Below are positions 1 to 13,600 of a stretch of 64,000 nt of DNA, one piece after another; position 1 is the stretch's first letter; each line of letters opens with the position of its first letter. A program made the position numbers and the translations under genes. The DNA lies in NCBI RefSeq assembly GCF_046119375.1, contig NW_027362773.1, positions 244,094,001 through 244,158,000 on the forward strand, read 5' to 3'. Origin of the DNA: Phyllobates terribilis (taxonomy: Eukaryota). Under the pieces are notes generated by a model, which was not told the origin of the DNA, ran no database searches, and saw only the letters and a program-made list of their open reading frames with translations.

Positions 1-319
1 TTCAGGGATTGGTTCAGGGACCTGACAACTAAGCAGGGAGTGACACAAACTAATACTAAGGAGGGCGTTGTACAGGCACCTCCCTACAGGGGAGCGTACC
101 TTAAATACTAGATGCATCCCAGCTATTGGCTAGGGGCATTTCCAAAGTGCGTGCGCACCCACTAGGCGCACCGCGGGGAGACTTGCGTGGCATGTGCAAG
201 CCCAGGGGACCAGGAAGCTGTGCAGGGCACGGAGAAATCACTGAGCAGCCGGGGCTTTGAGTGTGTCGGTGTCCCTGCCGGGAGGTGCAGCATGCAGGGA
301 CGCCAGCATTATCGCTACA
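1..319 (-). mobile_element. Possible LTR fragment (runs off the window start)
   Basis: Minus strand begins TGTAGCGAT at 319, followed by a GC-rich U3-like tract, a CCAAT box and a TATTTAAG TATA-like box near 100-130. No partner LTR or TSD is visible. Confidence 0.3.
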
Positions 320-641
320 CATTTCTACAATGTTCAGTAAGGCTGGGGCTAAAACCGCGACTTTGGCTGTGGCACTTGTTCTGCGGCCAATTTGGTGCTG
401 CTGCTACATTGCAGCGCAGTACAATTGCATTGGAGTTGCATTGTAACACCGAGAGTACTGCGACAGCGACAAGCAAATCGCAAAAAGTCCAATCTCTACA
501 GATTTTTCGCAACTTGCTTGTCGCAGTTGCAGTGCCCTCAGGTTCGCAATGTGACCCCATTCACTGTTATTGCACTGCGACATAGTAGCAGCCACAAACA
601 AACCTCAATTGCTGGTTGACAGGAATTGCAGACAATCGCCA

Positions 642-1420
642 TGTTGTTAGGGTGAACACTTTGGTATGTTCACTCGTTGCCTGCTCCTGGCCTAATGGAT
701 ATGATCAAGTGCATGCAAGAAAGAATAACATCAGACACACACACAGTCGGATGTAAGCTCTCCTTGATCAGCTATGGCACAGCTCCAAGTGTCTTTATTC
801 AACCTGAACATAGACTTATATAAACACTGTATGTGGGCTCGGTTAGCCCAGAATGTGAATAACCAGATGCATTGATTGGTTAGTCCATGTGGGCGTGGTC
901 CATGAGGTCATAAGGGAGCGTAGTCCATGAGGTCATCAGGGGCGTGATCCATGAGGTCATCAGGGGGCATAGTCCATGAGGTCATCAGGGGGAGTAGTCC
1001 ATGAGGTCATCAGGGGGGTGTAGTCCATGAGTTCATCAAGGTAGGTTAGTCTTTCTATAGAATGCAGCTTCCTCCCAGAACAGAGCATGGTGTGATGAAA
1101 CCGGAAATGGCAGCCATCTTTTGATCTAAACAACCTTATGTATGGTGAAATAATACACTTTTTGGGTCTTTTCTCTCAATCTCCTATGTCTTGAGGTTAA
1201 TTAAGTATTTGAGCCTATAGCTCTCCTCATCAATGTGGCCCCAAGAAAACCCAAGAAAATCTTCCCAAACCACCACCATTACATAACATAGCCCTATTCC
1301 TGGATTTTAATAAAGCCCTTCATAACCCAAACAAATGTTTACTTCTCTGCCAAAACAACTGTTAATGGTGTTTATTCTCCCAGACTGACCCACCAGGATC
1401 CCCTTCCTGAGCAATATCTA
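642..1420 (-). mobile_element. LTR-like element (retroviral/Gypsy-type), terminus split by the adjacent Tc1
   Basis: The minus-strand order is CCAAT (~875), TATA (816-823), AATAAA (794-799), ending AACAACA at 642. TGGCG (PBS-like start) follows immediately. Removing the Tc1 at 1421-2947 restores a TGTAG 5' end. No TSD was found. Confidence 0.5.
885..1040. repeat. ~26-bp tandem repeat (GTCCATGAGGTCATCAGGGGGNGTA) x~6 inside the LTR-like element
   Basis: Read directly from the sequence. Confidence 0.85.
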
Positions 1421-2947
1421 CAGCAGGGAAAATAAGTATTTGATACACTGCCGATTGTTTAAGTTTTCCCACCTACAAAGAATGGAGAGGTCTGTAATTT
1501 TTATCATAGGTACACTTCATCTGTGAAAGACAGTATCTGAAAAGAAAAAACAGAAAATCACATGGTATGATTTTTACATAATTAATTTACATTTTATTGC
1601 ATGAAATAAGTATTTGACACAATAGAAAAACAGAACTTAATATTTAGTACAGAAACCTTTGTTTGCAATTACAGAAGTCAGATGTTTCCTGTAGTTCTTG
1701 ACCAAGTTTGCTCACACCGCAGCAGGGATTTTGGCCCACTCCTCCATACAGATCTTCTCCAGATCTTTCAGGTTTCGGGGCTGTCACTGGGCAACATTGA
1801 GTTTCAGCTCACTCCAAAGATTTTCTATTGGGTTCAGGTCTGGAGACTGGCTAGGCCACTCCAGGACCTTGAAATGCTTCTTACGGAGCCACTTCTTAGT
1901 TGCCCTGGCTGTGTTTCAGGTCATTGTCTTGCTGGAAGACCCAACCACGACCCATCTTCAATGATCTTACTGAGGGAAGGAGGTTGTTGGCCAAAATCTT
2001 GCGATACATGACCTCATCCATCCTGCCTTCAATACGGTGCAGTCGTCCTGTCCCCTTTACAGAAAAGCACCCCCAAAGTATGATGTTTCCCCCACCATGC
2101 TTCACGGTTGGGGCGGTGTTCTCGGGGTTTTACTCATCAGTTTTTTGGTCTCATCTGACCACATGACCGTGCCTCATCTGGATCATCGAGATGTTTATTG
2201 GCGAACTTCAAATGGGCCTGGACATGTGCTGGTGTGAGCAGGGGGACCTGGAGTGCCCTGTAGGATTTTAATCCATGATGGCGTAATGTGTAGTAATGTT
2301 TGAGACTGTGGTCCCAGCTCTCTTTAGGTCATTGACCAGGTCCTCCCATGGGTCTGGGCTGATTCCTGAATCATCCTTACCCCACGAGGCAAGACCTTGC
2401 ATGGAGCCCTAGACAGAGGACAATTGACAGTCATCTTGTGTTTTTTCCATTTTCTAATAATTGTGGCAACAGTGGTTGCCTTTTCACCAAGCTGCTTGCC
2501 TATTGTCCTGTAGCTGATCCCAGCCTTGTGCAGGTCTACAATTTTGTCCCTGGTGTCCTTTAACAGCTCTTTGGTCTTGGCCATGGTGGAGAAGTTGGAG
2601 TGTGATTGAGTGTGTGGACAGGTGTCTCTTATACAAGTAACGAGTTCAAACAGGTGCAATTAATACAAGTAATGAGTGCAGAGTAGGAGAGCTTCTTAAA
2701 GAAAAACTAACAGGTCTGTGAGAGTCAGAATTCTTGCTGGTTGGTAGGTGATCAAATACTTATTTCATGCAATAAAATGCAAATTAATTATGCAAAAATC
2801 ATACAATGTGATTTTCTGGTTTTATTTTTAGATTCTGTCTCTCACAGGTGATGTGTACCTACGATAAAAATTACAGACCTCTCCATTCTTTGTAGGTTGG
2901 AAAACTTGCAAAATCGTCAGTGTATCAAATACTTATTTTTCCCACTG
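1421..2947 (-). mobile_element. Tc1/mariner transposon, degenerate transposase, long IR/DR-type TIRs
   Basis: TA flanks on both sides. TIRs are CAGCAGGGAAAATAAGTATTTGATACACTG / CAGTGTATCAAATACTTATTTTTCCCACTG. ORF fragments read [34 protein letters not shown] and [11 protein letters not shown]. Confidence 0.95.
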
Positions 2948-3004
2948 TACATAAAGGACTTAGCCCTTTTAAAAGTCATATCAGTAATAAGCATTTTACT
3001 GTTT

Positions 3005-3500
3005 TAGTGGCAGATAAATTCACTTTTATTTGGTATGCATATAAGGTGTTTTGGTGCACTCTTGGTGTGGCCAAGGACATGTTACACCATTCAATTTACA
3101 TATTGAGCAATGTCCCATTTCTTGATTGACAGCATTGACTTCTGCAGTATGAACGTTGCCTAAACGCAAATCTCTGTTCCACTGGAAGAGACCAGAGACA
3201 GTGTCGGCACAAGCACACACTCAATGTGGGAGTGGGCAAGCTCTGACATCTGGCTCTTGCCAGTCTATAGCTACCGCTCACTACATCTGTAAGTGTAGCG
3301 AGCGGCTTCAGAGAAGAGCCAGAGATCAACGCGTGCCTGCACCCACACTGAGAGCGTGCTCATTCTGACAGTCACCTGGGCTCCACCAGTATCAGTGTGC
3401 ATTCGCAGGAACACAAATTTGCTTTGAGTCCTTGGCCACACCAAGGGTGCACCGAAACGCCCTTATTTTTGAGCGAAATAAAAGTGAATTCATCTGCAAC
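3005..3500. mobile_element. Non-autonomous foldback element (MITE)
   Basis: Inverted arms GCAGATAAATTCACTTTTATT..GGTGCACTCTTGGTGTGGCCAAGGA (~3010-3076) and TCCTTGGCCACACCAAGGGTGCACC..AATAAAAGTGAATTCATCTGC (~3429-3497). Confidence 0.7.
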
Positions 3501-5539
3501 TACAAAACTATCATTTATAACAATGATATAACTTTTTCAAGGGGCTAAGTCCCCTAAATTAATTTTTAAGAGGCTGAATTTACACATTGCTAGAGCAGTG
3601 TGTGAAGGGGGCTGGCTGATTGTCATCTTAATAGCTAAACACCTCCTTCTCTTTCTGTACAAAAGAGAAGAAGGCTTATGTAATGGGTTGCATTTTGTTG
3701 GACGATCTTTTCTTATCTGCTGAAGTACCCCAGATAAAATAAGAAAACATAAACTTCCCTTACTGGCACCACTCCAGAACAGATGTCCGCTTTAATGGAA
3801 TAGTGGAGGAAATGTTATGTCACATAATCACCGGGGGCAGCAACGCCGATATCTCTGCAATCAGGCAAGCTCAGGGTGTGAGCATTTTATATTTCTTTTA
3901 TCTGGGGTACATTAGCTATTAGGAAAGGGTTGTCCGGTAGTAAACAACCCCTTTGAAGGGAATCTGTCAATTAAGGGGCAGCATGAATCAGACATTGGCT
4001 GCATAATCCAGTTGACTGACAGGTCTCTCCCTATGTGTGTACACAGAGAAAGACCTGTCAGTCATGGGGCGTGGGGAAGGTATAAGCCATACAGGGATCG
4101 CATCGGACTAGTCACCCAAGACACATCTGGTTGACTTTTCCAGTAAAAAAAATTATGCAGAGTTTCAGAATAAAACATACTTGTTGTAATTATGCAGCCA
4201 GGCTCTTATTCATACTGGTCATGGATTTACTGACAGGTTACTATTAAACTTTTAAGACAAGCATCCCCCACTGAAGAATAGGTCATCAACGTTATATGCC
4301 TGGCCAACCTCTTAGATTGATATCAACACCACAATAGGACTGCATAATAGAATAGTCACTAGAAATGTGGGAATGAGAAGAGCATGATAGCAATACCTCA
4401 AGATCAGTGGTGCCCACAGCTACAGCAGAGCAATTAAAATGGAAATTCACGCCCCAGCTTCTCCTGATCACAACACCTCGGTGGGCTTTCCACTGTTCCC
4501 TCCGTCTCCAGGTGCCCCTTGCTTGACCAACGCCACATGGAGGCATGGAAATCCTATTTTCACATTCTGTGCTGAAGAACGTTACTCTCTTACTAGGGAT
4601 GTGGATACACTCATTTATATTCTTTATGGCACCCGGAGGATTGATCTGAACAATTCTCTGGAGTTAACCGTTGCATATGGGACTAGCACCTCAATTGTCG
4701 AAGCCTTTACCACTGCTTCTTGTGGTTCACACCTCATATCACAGTGCGGCGAGACCCTCGGCCATAAAGATCCCACAATATAACACACAGACGCTGACGA
4801 GAAAAGCCGGAATTATCCTGGGAAGGTAATGGTGTCGGCTGATTGCCCAGTGGAGATTTAGGAACTCACAAAAGTGATGGGCTGCGAGAATCACACACTG
4901 CCTACATTCGTAGAAATGGAAAAATACAGATGGCATCCGAACTGATATTCAACGTCAGGAGGGAGATCTCGGATTCATGTGTATTTGTGTCTTGATTACA
5001 CACAATTTATAATAAAATATCACCCATTGTCACAAGTGGGACTGACAGTCTTAACTCCCAGCTTGTGCCGACCGACACTCACCCCATAAATTATTTTGTT
5101 TTCTTGGACATTAGCAGCCCTTTTGGCACACTGCATAGCTCAGAAGGAAGGGAGCACCATTTTGCTTTTGGGATGCTGTTATTCTGGATCGTTTTTCAGA
5201 CCACCTTGTACCTTTTGGTCAATTCATTGAGGAACCAGTAGAGGGAAAAGCATTACAAAGTGCGGTCTGTACGAGGTGCGCAGACTGCTTTTTGTACTAT
5301 ACATTCAATTTCTACTTGGTACAATGTAGACTTTTTTTTTAAACAATTTTTTTCAAACTTTTTATTTTTTTTCTGAACATCAGTATAAAACATTATGTTC
5401 ATTACTAACTGACACTATCAAACTATTCCTTACACTCTATCTGTAAAAGAGGGGGAAAAGTAGTATAAAGAAAATGGGAAAAGTGAATTTAGACTACAAT
5501 TATAAACGTTATACCAAAAATCGTTGTAAAAAAAATAAA

Positions 5540-7024
5540 ATGCTATTGACATGAAATTCTCAACAGATTTCGGTAACAACCGATCCAAACCACACAGGCA
5601 AAGAAATAAAAGCATAGATGTCCATAAATTAAGTTGTGTGTAATAATGAGAAATGACACAGAGGAAAAGTATTGAACACATGAAGAAAGGGAGGTGCAAA
5701 ACACTACGGCAAGTCATGACACCAGCTGAAATCTAGAAAGCAATCCTGCCAGTGAAATATAATATCAGCGGATTCACCTGATAAAACCTATAAAAAGGTG
5801 TCTCTTTACCAAAGTGCCACACAAGAAACATCTCATGATGGGTAAAACCAGCGAGCTGTCTCAAGACCTTTGCAACCTTATTGTTGTAAAACATACTGAT
5901 GGAACTAGTTACATAAGAATTTCTAAATTACTGTAGGTTCCAGTGAGCACTGTTGGGGCCATAATCCAAAAGTGGAAAGATCATCATTTCACCATAAACC
6001 GGCCACGGGCAGGTGCTCCCCGCAAAATTTCAGACAGAGGAGTGAAAAGAATCATTAGAAGAGTTGTCCAAGAGGCAAGGACCACCTGTGTAGAGCTACA
6101 GAAAGACCTGGAATCAGCAGGAACTATTGTTTCAAAGAAAACAAGTAATGCACTCAACCTCCATGGCCTGTATGCACGCCTATCACACAAGATTCCCTTG
6201 CTGACCAAAACGCATGTTCAAGCGCGATTTTAGATAAGCCTGTGAAATACTGGGAGAATATAGTCTGGTCAGATGAGACCAAAATTTAACTCTTTGGATG
6301 CCATAATACACACCATGTTTGCAGGCCAAAAGGCACTGCATATCACTCCAAGAAAACACCATACCAAGTGGGAAGTTTGGAGGTGGGAACATTGTGGTAT
6401 GGGGCTGTTTTTTTTAGCATATGGCACTGGCAAACTTCATGTAATTGAAGGAAGGTTGAATGGACAAATGTACTGAGACATTCTTGCTAAAAATCTGCAG
6501 TCATCTACCAAGATGATGAAACAAGGGTGGACATTTCAGCAAGACAATGATCCCAAACACATAGCAAAGGAAACTCTCAATTAGTTTCAGAGAAAGAAAA
6601 TAAAGCTGCTAGAATGGCCGAGCCGATCACCTGACCTGAGTCCAATAGGAAATATATGGCAGGAACTAAAGCTCAGAGTTCATAGGAGCCCATGGGACCT
6701 TCAGGATGTGAAAAGTGTTTGTGTGGCAGAATAGGCCAAAATCACACCTGAACAATGCATGCGACTAGTTTCTCCATACAGGAGGCGTCTTGGATCTGTT
6801 ATCACCAACAAAGACTTTTGTATGAAGCATTAATTACATTTCAATAAGCGTGTTCAATACTTTTACCCTGTGTCATTTCTTATTATTACTCATAACTTAA
6901 TTATTTTTGCCTGTGTAGATTGGATAGGTTGTTGGCGACATCTGGTGAAAATTTTATGTCAATAGCACCTTTAGGAATATACTTAGAAAATTTGTGACGT
7001 GTTCAATACTTATTTCACCCGGTG
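5540..7024 (+). mobile_element. Tc1 (DD34E) transposon relic, left TIR truncated
   Basis: Fragments [51 protein letters not shown] with 34-residue spacing. Several stops and frameshifts. The right TIR ends near 7024. Confidence 0.9.
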
Positions 7025-7253
7025 TGTATGTGTGCACAATTTTTTTTTGAGCACTGAGGTTGAATTAGCTAACCTAAATGTCCAGTACCCTAAAATCCCA
7101 CCTTTAGAGTTACTAGGAACACCTATGATACATTAGGTGGAATACTGCCTTGAGTGAATGGTGCAGACAACAATTGCAAGTGTTGACCACAGCAATGTGA
7201 TTAGTGCTTTCAATCTTCCTTGACGCAATTAAAGCTGACTTCTGTTGAATCTA

Positions 7254-7648
7254 AGGGTATGCGCAAACAATGTCTTTTTCAGGCTGGTCCGCTCCTGAAA
7301 AAGTGCTAAACGCTAACAAAAAAGAACACCTGTACTGAAACATAAAAACGACTTGTTCATATGCTCAGTCTATTTCTGTTTCCTTCAACCGTTTCAGGTT
7401 TCTAAAGACGTCAAGCGGTTAAAAGAAGTGACCTGAGCATTCTTCAGGGGTCTTCCACTTTGGAAGCCGCTCACTGGTTTTATTCAATACACCCGCATTC
7501 AAAGACGTCTCAAAAAATACCTAAAAAGTCACCAAAAAAATATGCTTCAAGACTAAAGAGGCCAACATGTCCTGAAGCATCTTACTCCTGAAAAACTCAC
7601 CGAGTTTGCAGATGTCTAAAAGACGTTGTGTGCAGTGCATATACCCTA
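7254..7648. mobile_element. PIF/Harbinger-type MITE
   Basis: TAA-GGGTATG...CATATACCC-TAA termini. Confidence 0.6.
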
Positions 7649-8227
7649 AGGGGTTCACCTGTGGATTAAGCCAGTTTCACTTGTCTGAGTATGGACCACA
7701 ATGTCCAGGCTGGCCTTGGGTCTTCTGACCTGGAGTCTACTCATAGGCATATATGAGGTTGTTGAGTTCAGTTAAGCAGACCTGCAGACATCATGGCTTG
7801 TGACTGTCTGATAAGCAAGACTGGCCTTAGTCTAAAGGCTGCAGCTTCACAGGGGGCTTTAATCACATCTTATTCAACCTTACTCAGTAAAGTTACAAGA
7901 CAAGGCCAATACATTACTGACATGCAGAGGAGGATGGTAAATTATGTTCTAGAAGGTAGTAAACAGAAGCTACTAAAAGTAAAGAGCTGTGCCTGGTCAA
8001 CAATGAAAGAGACGCAGCTCTCGCGGGAGCCCTGCAGCCCCTTCCAGCAGCTGTTCGGGACCCCCACTGATCTAATATTAATTGCTTAACCTCACAATGA
8101 TCTCTTAGTGCAGTAATGTGATTTCTCAGTATTAACTTGATAAATGCTTTGTTCGAATGTCTTTCCCCAAAGGCGATGAGCTTATCAACCTTTTACTGGT
8201 CCACAACACAGATACAATTGAGACTTA

Positions 8228-8840
8228 AGCCCCCGTCTCACATAGCGAGATCGCTGCTGTGTCACGGTTTTGGTGACGCAACAGCGACCTCACCAGCGAT
8301 GTCACTATGTGTGACAATTTGCAACGATCAGGCCCCTGCTGTGAGGTCGCTGATCGCTGCAAAGTGTCCTGGACCATTTTTTGGTCGTTGCTCTCCCGCT
8401 GGTCAGCACACATCGCTGTGTGTGACCAGCGGGAGCAGCGATCAGGCAGGTAACCATGATAAACATCGGGTTACTAGGGGCACACGCGCACCTAGTAACC
8501 CGTTGTTTATCATGGTTACGAGCCTGCTAAAGTGAGCGGTAACCTCCCGCTCACTGTAGCAGAGTGGTAACCATGATAAACAACGGGTTACTAGGTGCGC
8601 GTGTGCCCCTAGTAACCCGATGTTTACCATAGTTACCAGCCTGCTCCTGCTTCAGCAGGCTCGTAACCAGGAGCAGGACATCGTGGAAAGATTCTTTCCA
8701 CGATGTCGCTGCTCCCCTGATCGTTGGTGAGCCTGCCTGTTTGACAGCTCACCAGCGACCACATAGCGACGCAGCAACGATCCCTGACAGGTCGTATCGT
8801 TGTCGGGATCGTTGCAGCGTCGCTAAGTGTGACGGGGCCT
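8228..8840. mobile_element. Foldback MITE (probable PIF/Harbinger group), copy 1
   Basis: TIR (A)GCCCCCGTCTCAC / GTGTGACGGGGCC(T), TTAA context and internal palindromes. It is a near-identical inverted copy of 35899-36521. Confidence 0.9.
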
Positions 8841-10039
8841 TAAGGCTGTCAAGTACGAGTCAGTAGATACGCGGTCAGTCCGTGATTCACGGTCTGTGCT
8901 TATACCATGACATACGGATGTGTGAATGTGGCATAATAGGTATATTCCTGCTTCCACTGCCTATTATATCCCACCCTTAACTAACAGGTGTTATTTTCCA
9001 TTCATAACTTACATTTTAAAGGCAATCTGTCGGTAGGATCAACCCTCCTCGCATTTCTATATGGGCATGTAGATCATAGAAAACTGATTAAAATGATACC
9101 TTGATCTCTGCAATCTGATGTTTTATTTCTGAGAACGCCATGTTTTTCTTAATATGCAATGTTAAGATCTATGGTCCGGACATAGATCTCCCTGAGAATC
9201 TGCCTCCAGACCTTATTTTAAATGAAAGGGAGCATAACCAGTGTGAAACATGTAATGGCTGACAGTCTGATCTCCTGATCTACATGTCTGGAATAATATA
9301 TTGCATAGAATAAAGGACGTAGCCTTGATCTCCTGGGACAGCCGCCTCAAATCGGGACAGGCCCGCTGGTCTCGGGACAGCTGAGAGCTATGAATACAGG
9401 AGAAGCTTTGCAATTTATGTATTTATTTCTAAACACGTGATGAAAAACTGATGGTAAAAACTGGACCAAACACTCATGAAGTTCAGATGACTTATTTTTG
9501 CTCATGTGAAGTATCAGTGATGTCTGAATGAGGCCTAAGAAACATAAATAATGCAAAACATTATATACCAAATTCTGGTGTATTTTAAACCTCTGGCATA
9601 GGTATAAAGATATTTTAAAAAATCTGTTCCGCTGGCTTTCTATAAGAAAAAAATCATGGCTGACCCAAAAAAAGACCAACACATACAAAGTTCAGGTTTA
9701 ATAGTTTTAATAGCGTCATGCTCGGCGCAGAGGTCAGAAGAGCATTAATGACATAAAAGGAGATTATTTCAGTATGAAACAAAATGGCATTTTATTGAAA
9801 TGTACAAAAAACATTTGAGAGTTTAATTTTTTTTACTTCCATAGAGATTTTTAACCAATTGAAGTAAATAATATAACTCCACTATCCCTTTAAGACACAA
9901 TTGCAATCAATAGTAAAGTCAACCCGCACGGCAGAGGGCAGGGACAGAAGAAGACATTTTAACTTATTTATACTACCCTAAGGCTGCAGAATATCAGAGG
10001 CATAGTGACCATAAAAGAACTTTAACTTTTCATCATTAA

Positions 10040-10271
10040 AGGGGTTGTCCAAATAATAATTCTAGTTGGCGTCTGAAAGATGTCCCGTTCCTTCCCTGGT
10101 CCTATTTGTGTTAACATGTGAGCATGTGTGAAGGGGGCTGGCCAACAGCAAAGCCAGACCCCTTTTGTTATCTATGCATTGACAGTGATTGAGGAACCTC
10201 TCGGACATCAAGTATATTAGTAAGTTGCAAAACTTACTAGTGCTAACATTTTATTCAGCTGGACAACCTCT
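10040..10271. mobile_element. T2/Kolobok-type MITE in the CNEP1R1 3' region
   Basis: TTAA-AGGGGTTGTCCA...TGGACAACCTCT-TTAA. Confidence 0.85.
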
Positions 10272-10615
10272 TTAAAATCTTAAATTTGTGCAACCGAGCT
10301 CCAACAAACACACAAATGACCCACTGAAATTGAGGGAAGTATTGCATATGGCGGCCAAACAATGAAAAGAAGTACGCCTGCAATACTGGTGTGTGCAAAC
10401 CATCCTAGATACAGATCCAGGCCAGGACGCACAGACGCGACACTCCGGATGTCCAGTCCCTGTACAATGATCGCGTCTCCTCTTGGGTGACTGATCCAAA
10501 GTTCAATTCACTTTGACTTAGGAGATTCGTCGTTCCTTCATAAATAACCATCTCCAAAAGAGAGAACGTATTGCAGGAAGAGGCTGAGATCAAGCTTAGG
10601 TCGTGGCAGGAGATC

Positions 10616-13600
10616 TCACTGGACGTGGGGTCGCGGCTTTAGAATCAACTTGCCCGTCTGCAAAAGAAATAGCACAATAGTGAAGGTGGGGGGGGGGACA
10701 GGACGATAAATATTCCCCCCCCATAGTATAGAAATTAAAGATTCAACAGGCGCAACAAGCCTCTACCCCAAAGGGGTAATCCAGTTATTACAGAGTAGGC
10801 GATAACTACTAGCTCAACTGGGGGGGGGATCCTATCACCAGAACACACACTGTTGGCCAGTCCCCGTCTGAAGTAGCATGCCCGTGGGCTACCACCCCTT
10901 GCCATATGACTTAGGATAAAAGCTAAACCAGAATCTCAATTTGCAGACATGTTTCGGGGTATTGGCCCTCCTCATTGCAAAGCAGGAGATCTATTTTGGT
11001 TTATTCTAAGTCAAAGTTTGTTAAAGAGTCAATATTCACTTTTAGGATTGCTACCTCCAATAGGTGTCGCTAGAGTTTATGTCCTCTTCCTGTCTGAAGA
11101 GACAATATGCATGTGTGTGGCTGTAAGACAACTATCTACAGCAGAAGCCTCCCCACCACTGCTCTGTCTGCAGTAGGACAAAATATTACAAGCCCCGTCC
11201 AATGGTCACTGGGGTGATGCTTAAGTCAGCCCCCACTGTACATAACTGACTGCAGAAGGAGTTAACCGTGAATCCGTCAGTAAGCTCAGTCTGAAGGCTG
11301 GGTCTGTAACTTCCTTTGATCTATCACATAAGCTAATTTATGACCACATCAAAGTTCACCTTTCATGTGCTCATAAGTCAGTTTAGCAGAAAGTACAGAA
11401 GATCCTGCCCCCCGTTGTCAGAACAAGTTCATTGACCAATTTAATTTTAAAGGGAACATGTCAAAAATTTTTACACACCCAAACCATTTATATATACATT
11501 TGGGTGTGACGCTATATCGCCTTCCTAGCAGCACTCGCCGGTGCCTGATTGACAGGTCAGTGTTCGTGTACCAGAGCAAACTACCTGTCAATCAGCCAGG
11601 GGAGGAAACACAGCGTGAGGATGAGGAGCTGGAAGTGCGTCGTCACTCCCCAATGCAATTCCAGGCCACTTCCAAAGTGATTTCTTGCTGTGGGGAGCAG
11701 CACTAAAGGGTCATAAAGGGATTGAATGGCTTATCTTTTAAAGGGCTACACAGTCATATAAATTATTTGGAAGGGGGCATTAAAGTTTTTGACAGATTCT
11801 TTTTAAAAGGTTGTCCACTACTGGATAACACTTTTTAATAGCCCCAGAGTGGATCAGAAATTAAAAAAAAAAAGTATACTCCTAAGCTCTCAGCCCCGTG
11901 TCCCCTGCCAATCTTGTGACCAGAGGGGCACACCTAGCAATAATTGGAGGAGCAGTGCTGGTCCTGGAGGCAAGTATTCATATTTTTTAATTTATACATC
12001 ACTTGGGGGTGACTAATATAAATGGAAAATTTAGTTAACCTCGATTTAGAAACGCTTTGGAAATAAAGTATAATACGTACATCGTCACATGACATGTTGT
12101 ATTCTGCTAGTACAGTCCGACATCGTGCTGCTATTCTGAAGATTTGGTTAAGAAAGTGAGCGAGTTGCAAGTTGAATTAAACTGAGACCAAGTTACAGAT
12201 TCCTGCGCATGGATCTCATCTGCAGCTACATAAGTTCTTGCTCCACATAGCTGCACGGAAGAGTACTGGTAGTCTGGGTGAGAATGAGGTCCTTACTTTT
12301 CTTAGACATCCTTTTCCAAGCTGGCACAGGCAGACTAAACTTCCGCCCCCCTCCATACACGATAGACTAATGTTGGTGGAACCCGCCAATATCAACAGGT
12401 TCGACTGACACTATACTGTGTATGGGGGCGATGGCCAGCTGATGGTTGGGGAAGATGTCCAATTTTTGACTAGAGATCACTTTTAATTCCCAGAGATAAG
12501 CCGCCAGCTGAGCTTTAAGTCAGAGAACGCAGGGGCGCTGGGTCGAACATGTGCTCCTGTGTATGGGAGGCATTATACAGTGATGGCATATGTTAGTGAC
12601 ACCCATTTACATACTACATTTTGTCTTTCCTACAGTTTAGTGTGATCATCAAATGCAAGAAGCAAACTAGTACCGTGAAAGACCATTAAAAGGATACATC
12701 GACGGGGCCACCACCCGCTTGTGTATACCGGCGAAGAACAGACCTATTAGTGTTATACAGCTAATTGTAAAGAAGGGATGATTCCATAATGACGTGAAGA
12801 ATGAAACCTGGAAAAGAAGAAGAACAGATCAGTACCTTCAGATTGATTTTTGCCATCAAGAACATTTCTCTAATATCCAGTGATGGAGGGTGCCCAGAAA
12901 TCATACATCCCATGAGTGTACTTAGTGGAAAACCCCTTTAAGGAATAAGAATCACCTTTTGCGTCTCAGGATCTATAAGCCAGTTCCAGGCCCCGGTTGC
13001 AGTACAAACGGATACTACGATGAGAATCACTATTGGAAGAAGAGAGAGAGGGCAGATTATAGGAAAGCTGTCACTACTTATCCATTACACCGGTTTCACA
13101 TGTCCTTCACAGACCAAGCATGGAATGAAGTGTCTGGATCGGCTCCGGGTCTCCTAACCTGAAGTCAACAACTTCCTATACACCTATCTGACCTGACCAC
13201 AGCAGTCTCATCTGTTGCCAGTCCGGCCATGGCAGTTTGTAGACAGATACTCAGATTGTGACTGTCCAATGTATATACGCAGTCTTAGGATTAGCATGCT
13301 CACTACTCGAGATTTACGAGCATGCTCGGGTGTTTTCCGAGTATCTTCAGTGTACTCGGGTGTTATGTTTGAGTCACTCCGTGTGCATGATTTACGACTG
13401 TTTGACAGCTTTAATACATGTGAGGAATGCCTGTTTGTTAGGCATTCCTGACATGTATTAAAGCTGTCAAACAGTTGCAAATCATGCACACGGAGTGACT
13501 CAAACATAACAATCGAGCACGCCAAAGATACTCGATGAGCATGCTCGCCGAAAGGGTTAATAGAACACGCTTGCTCATCACTACTTAGGATATTACATGT

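Noticed and set aside
1-10000. Expected HEATR3 exons downstream of CNEP1R1 (human gene order)
   Set aside because: No recognisable HEATR3 sequence or CpG-island first exon was found. The gene probably lies outside the window.
12959-13162. Plus-strand [19 protein letters not shown].. with an apparent acceptor
   Set aside because: It is the antisense shadow of CNEP1R1 exon 3.
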